From: Lama glama
Taxonomy: Eukaryota
Assembly: GCA_028534125.1 (NCBI GenBank)
Contig: CM052824.1
Span: 49,600,001 to 49,664,000 of the forward strand
Direction: 5' to 3'
DNA: 64,000 nucleotides
The translations under genes and the position numbers were made by a program. Positions 63,672-64,000 of the stretch are shown piece after piece (the stretch's first letter is position 1; the number at the start of each line of letters is the position of its first letter). The notes beneath the pieces were generated by a model. The model worked only from the letters and a program-made list of their open reading frames with translations. It did not search any database and was not told the DNA's origin.

Positions 63672-63759
63672 AATGAACAAAAAACGCTCCTCATTGCTTT
63701 TTTTCTTTTCTTTTTTTTTTTAATTAGCCGATTCATTGAAGTAGACCAAAGAATCAAGT

Positions 63760-63900
63760 GTCCTCATTTGATACCAAAGGAGCCTGAGAACCAGAGAAGG
63801 AAATGGATTTCCCAAATATCACACAGCCAGCTAGGGGCAGCATCGACACAACAGAAGTTCGTCACTGGAGCCTTGGTTCAGCATTCTTTGCCCGACACTG
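63760..63900 (-). mobile_element. MIR SINE
   Basis: cctgagaaccagagaaggaaatggatttcccaaatatcacacagccagctagg. Confidence 0.65.
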
Positions 63901-64000
63901 AAATAAAGAAACCAGAAGGTAAAAGAGCTTCTAGTTTTGGTTGAGGGGCATTTCAGCTCTCTTCTGAGGTGGAAGTGAACATGTGTGGGAGTCAACATCT

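Noticed and set aside
1-64000. A previously undescribed multi-gene biological system, or a named gene assignment for either promoter
   Set aside because: No coding exons are recognisable, and most of the structure I can read is explained by known repeat classes and regulatory motifs; naming genes would be a guess.

Overview
This is mammalian (eukaryotic) genomic DNA, most likely camelid. The evidence is a Vic-1-like tRNA-derived SINE and cetartiodactyl-type L1 3' ends, with no Alu, B1, Bov-A/Bov-B or PRE-1 elements recognised. The window is intergenic/intronic and dominated by ancient repeats (MIR, L2, MLT1/LTR16/LTR33, MER5-type DNA transposons) plus younger ERV1-type solo LTRs and 5'-truncated L1 copies. 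I cannot support any intact protein-coding CDS; the only recognisable protein remnants are L1 ORF2p C-terminal fragments. Two probable promoters face away from each other about 40 kb apart: a CpG-rich, RFX-box-containing candidate first exon on the minus strand (~650 to 415, with a consensus splice donor) and a housekeeping-type CpG-island promoter (~40560-41000; tandem ETS, NRF1, GC box) that probably transcribes on the plus strand into a long first intron. I could not identify either gene. The most interesting directly visible structures are retrotransposition records: two L1s inserted at one target site inside a solo LTR, an LTR>SINE>L1 triple nest, a probable L1 3' transduction, and a microsatellite born in an L1 tail. 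There is also a near-perfect CTCF site and several homeodomain-motif clusters. I found no evidence of a novel biological system. Repeat family names come from recalled consensus similarity, and boundaries of old repeats are approximate.
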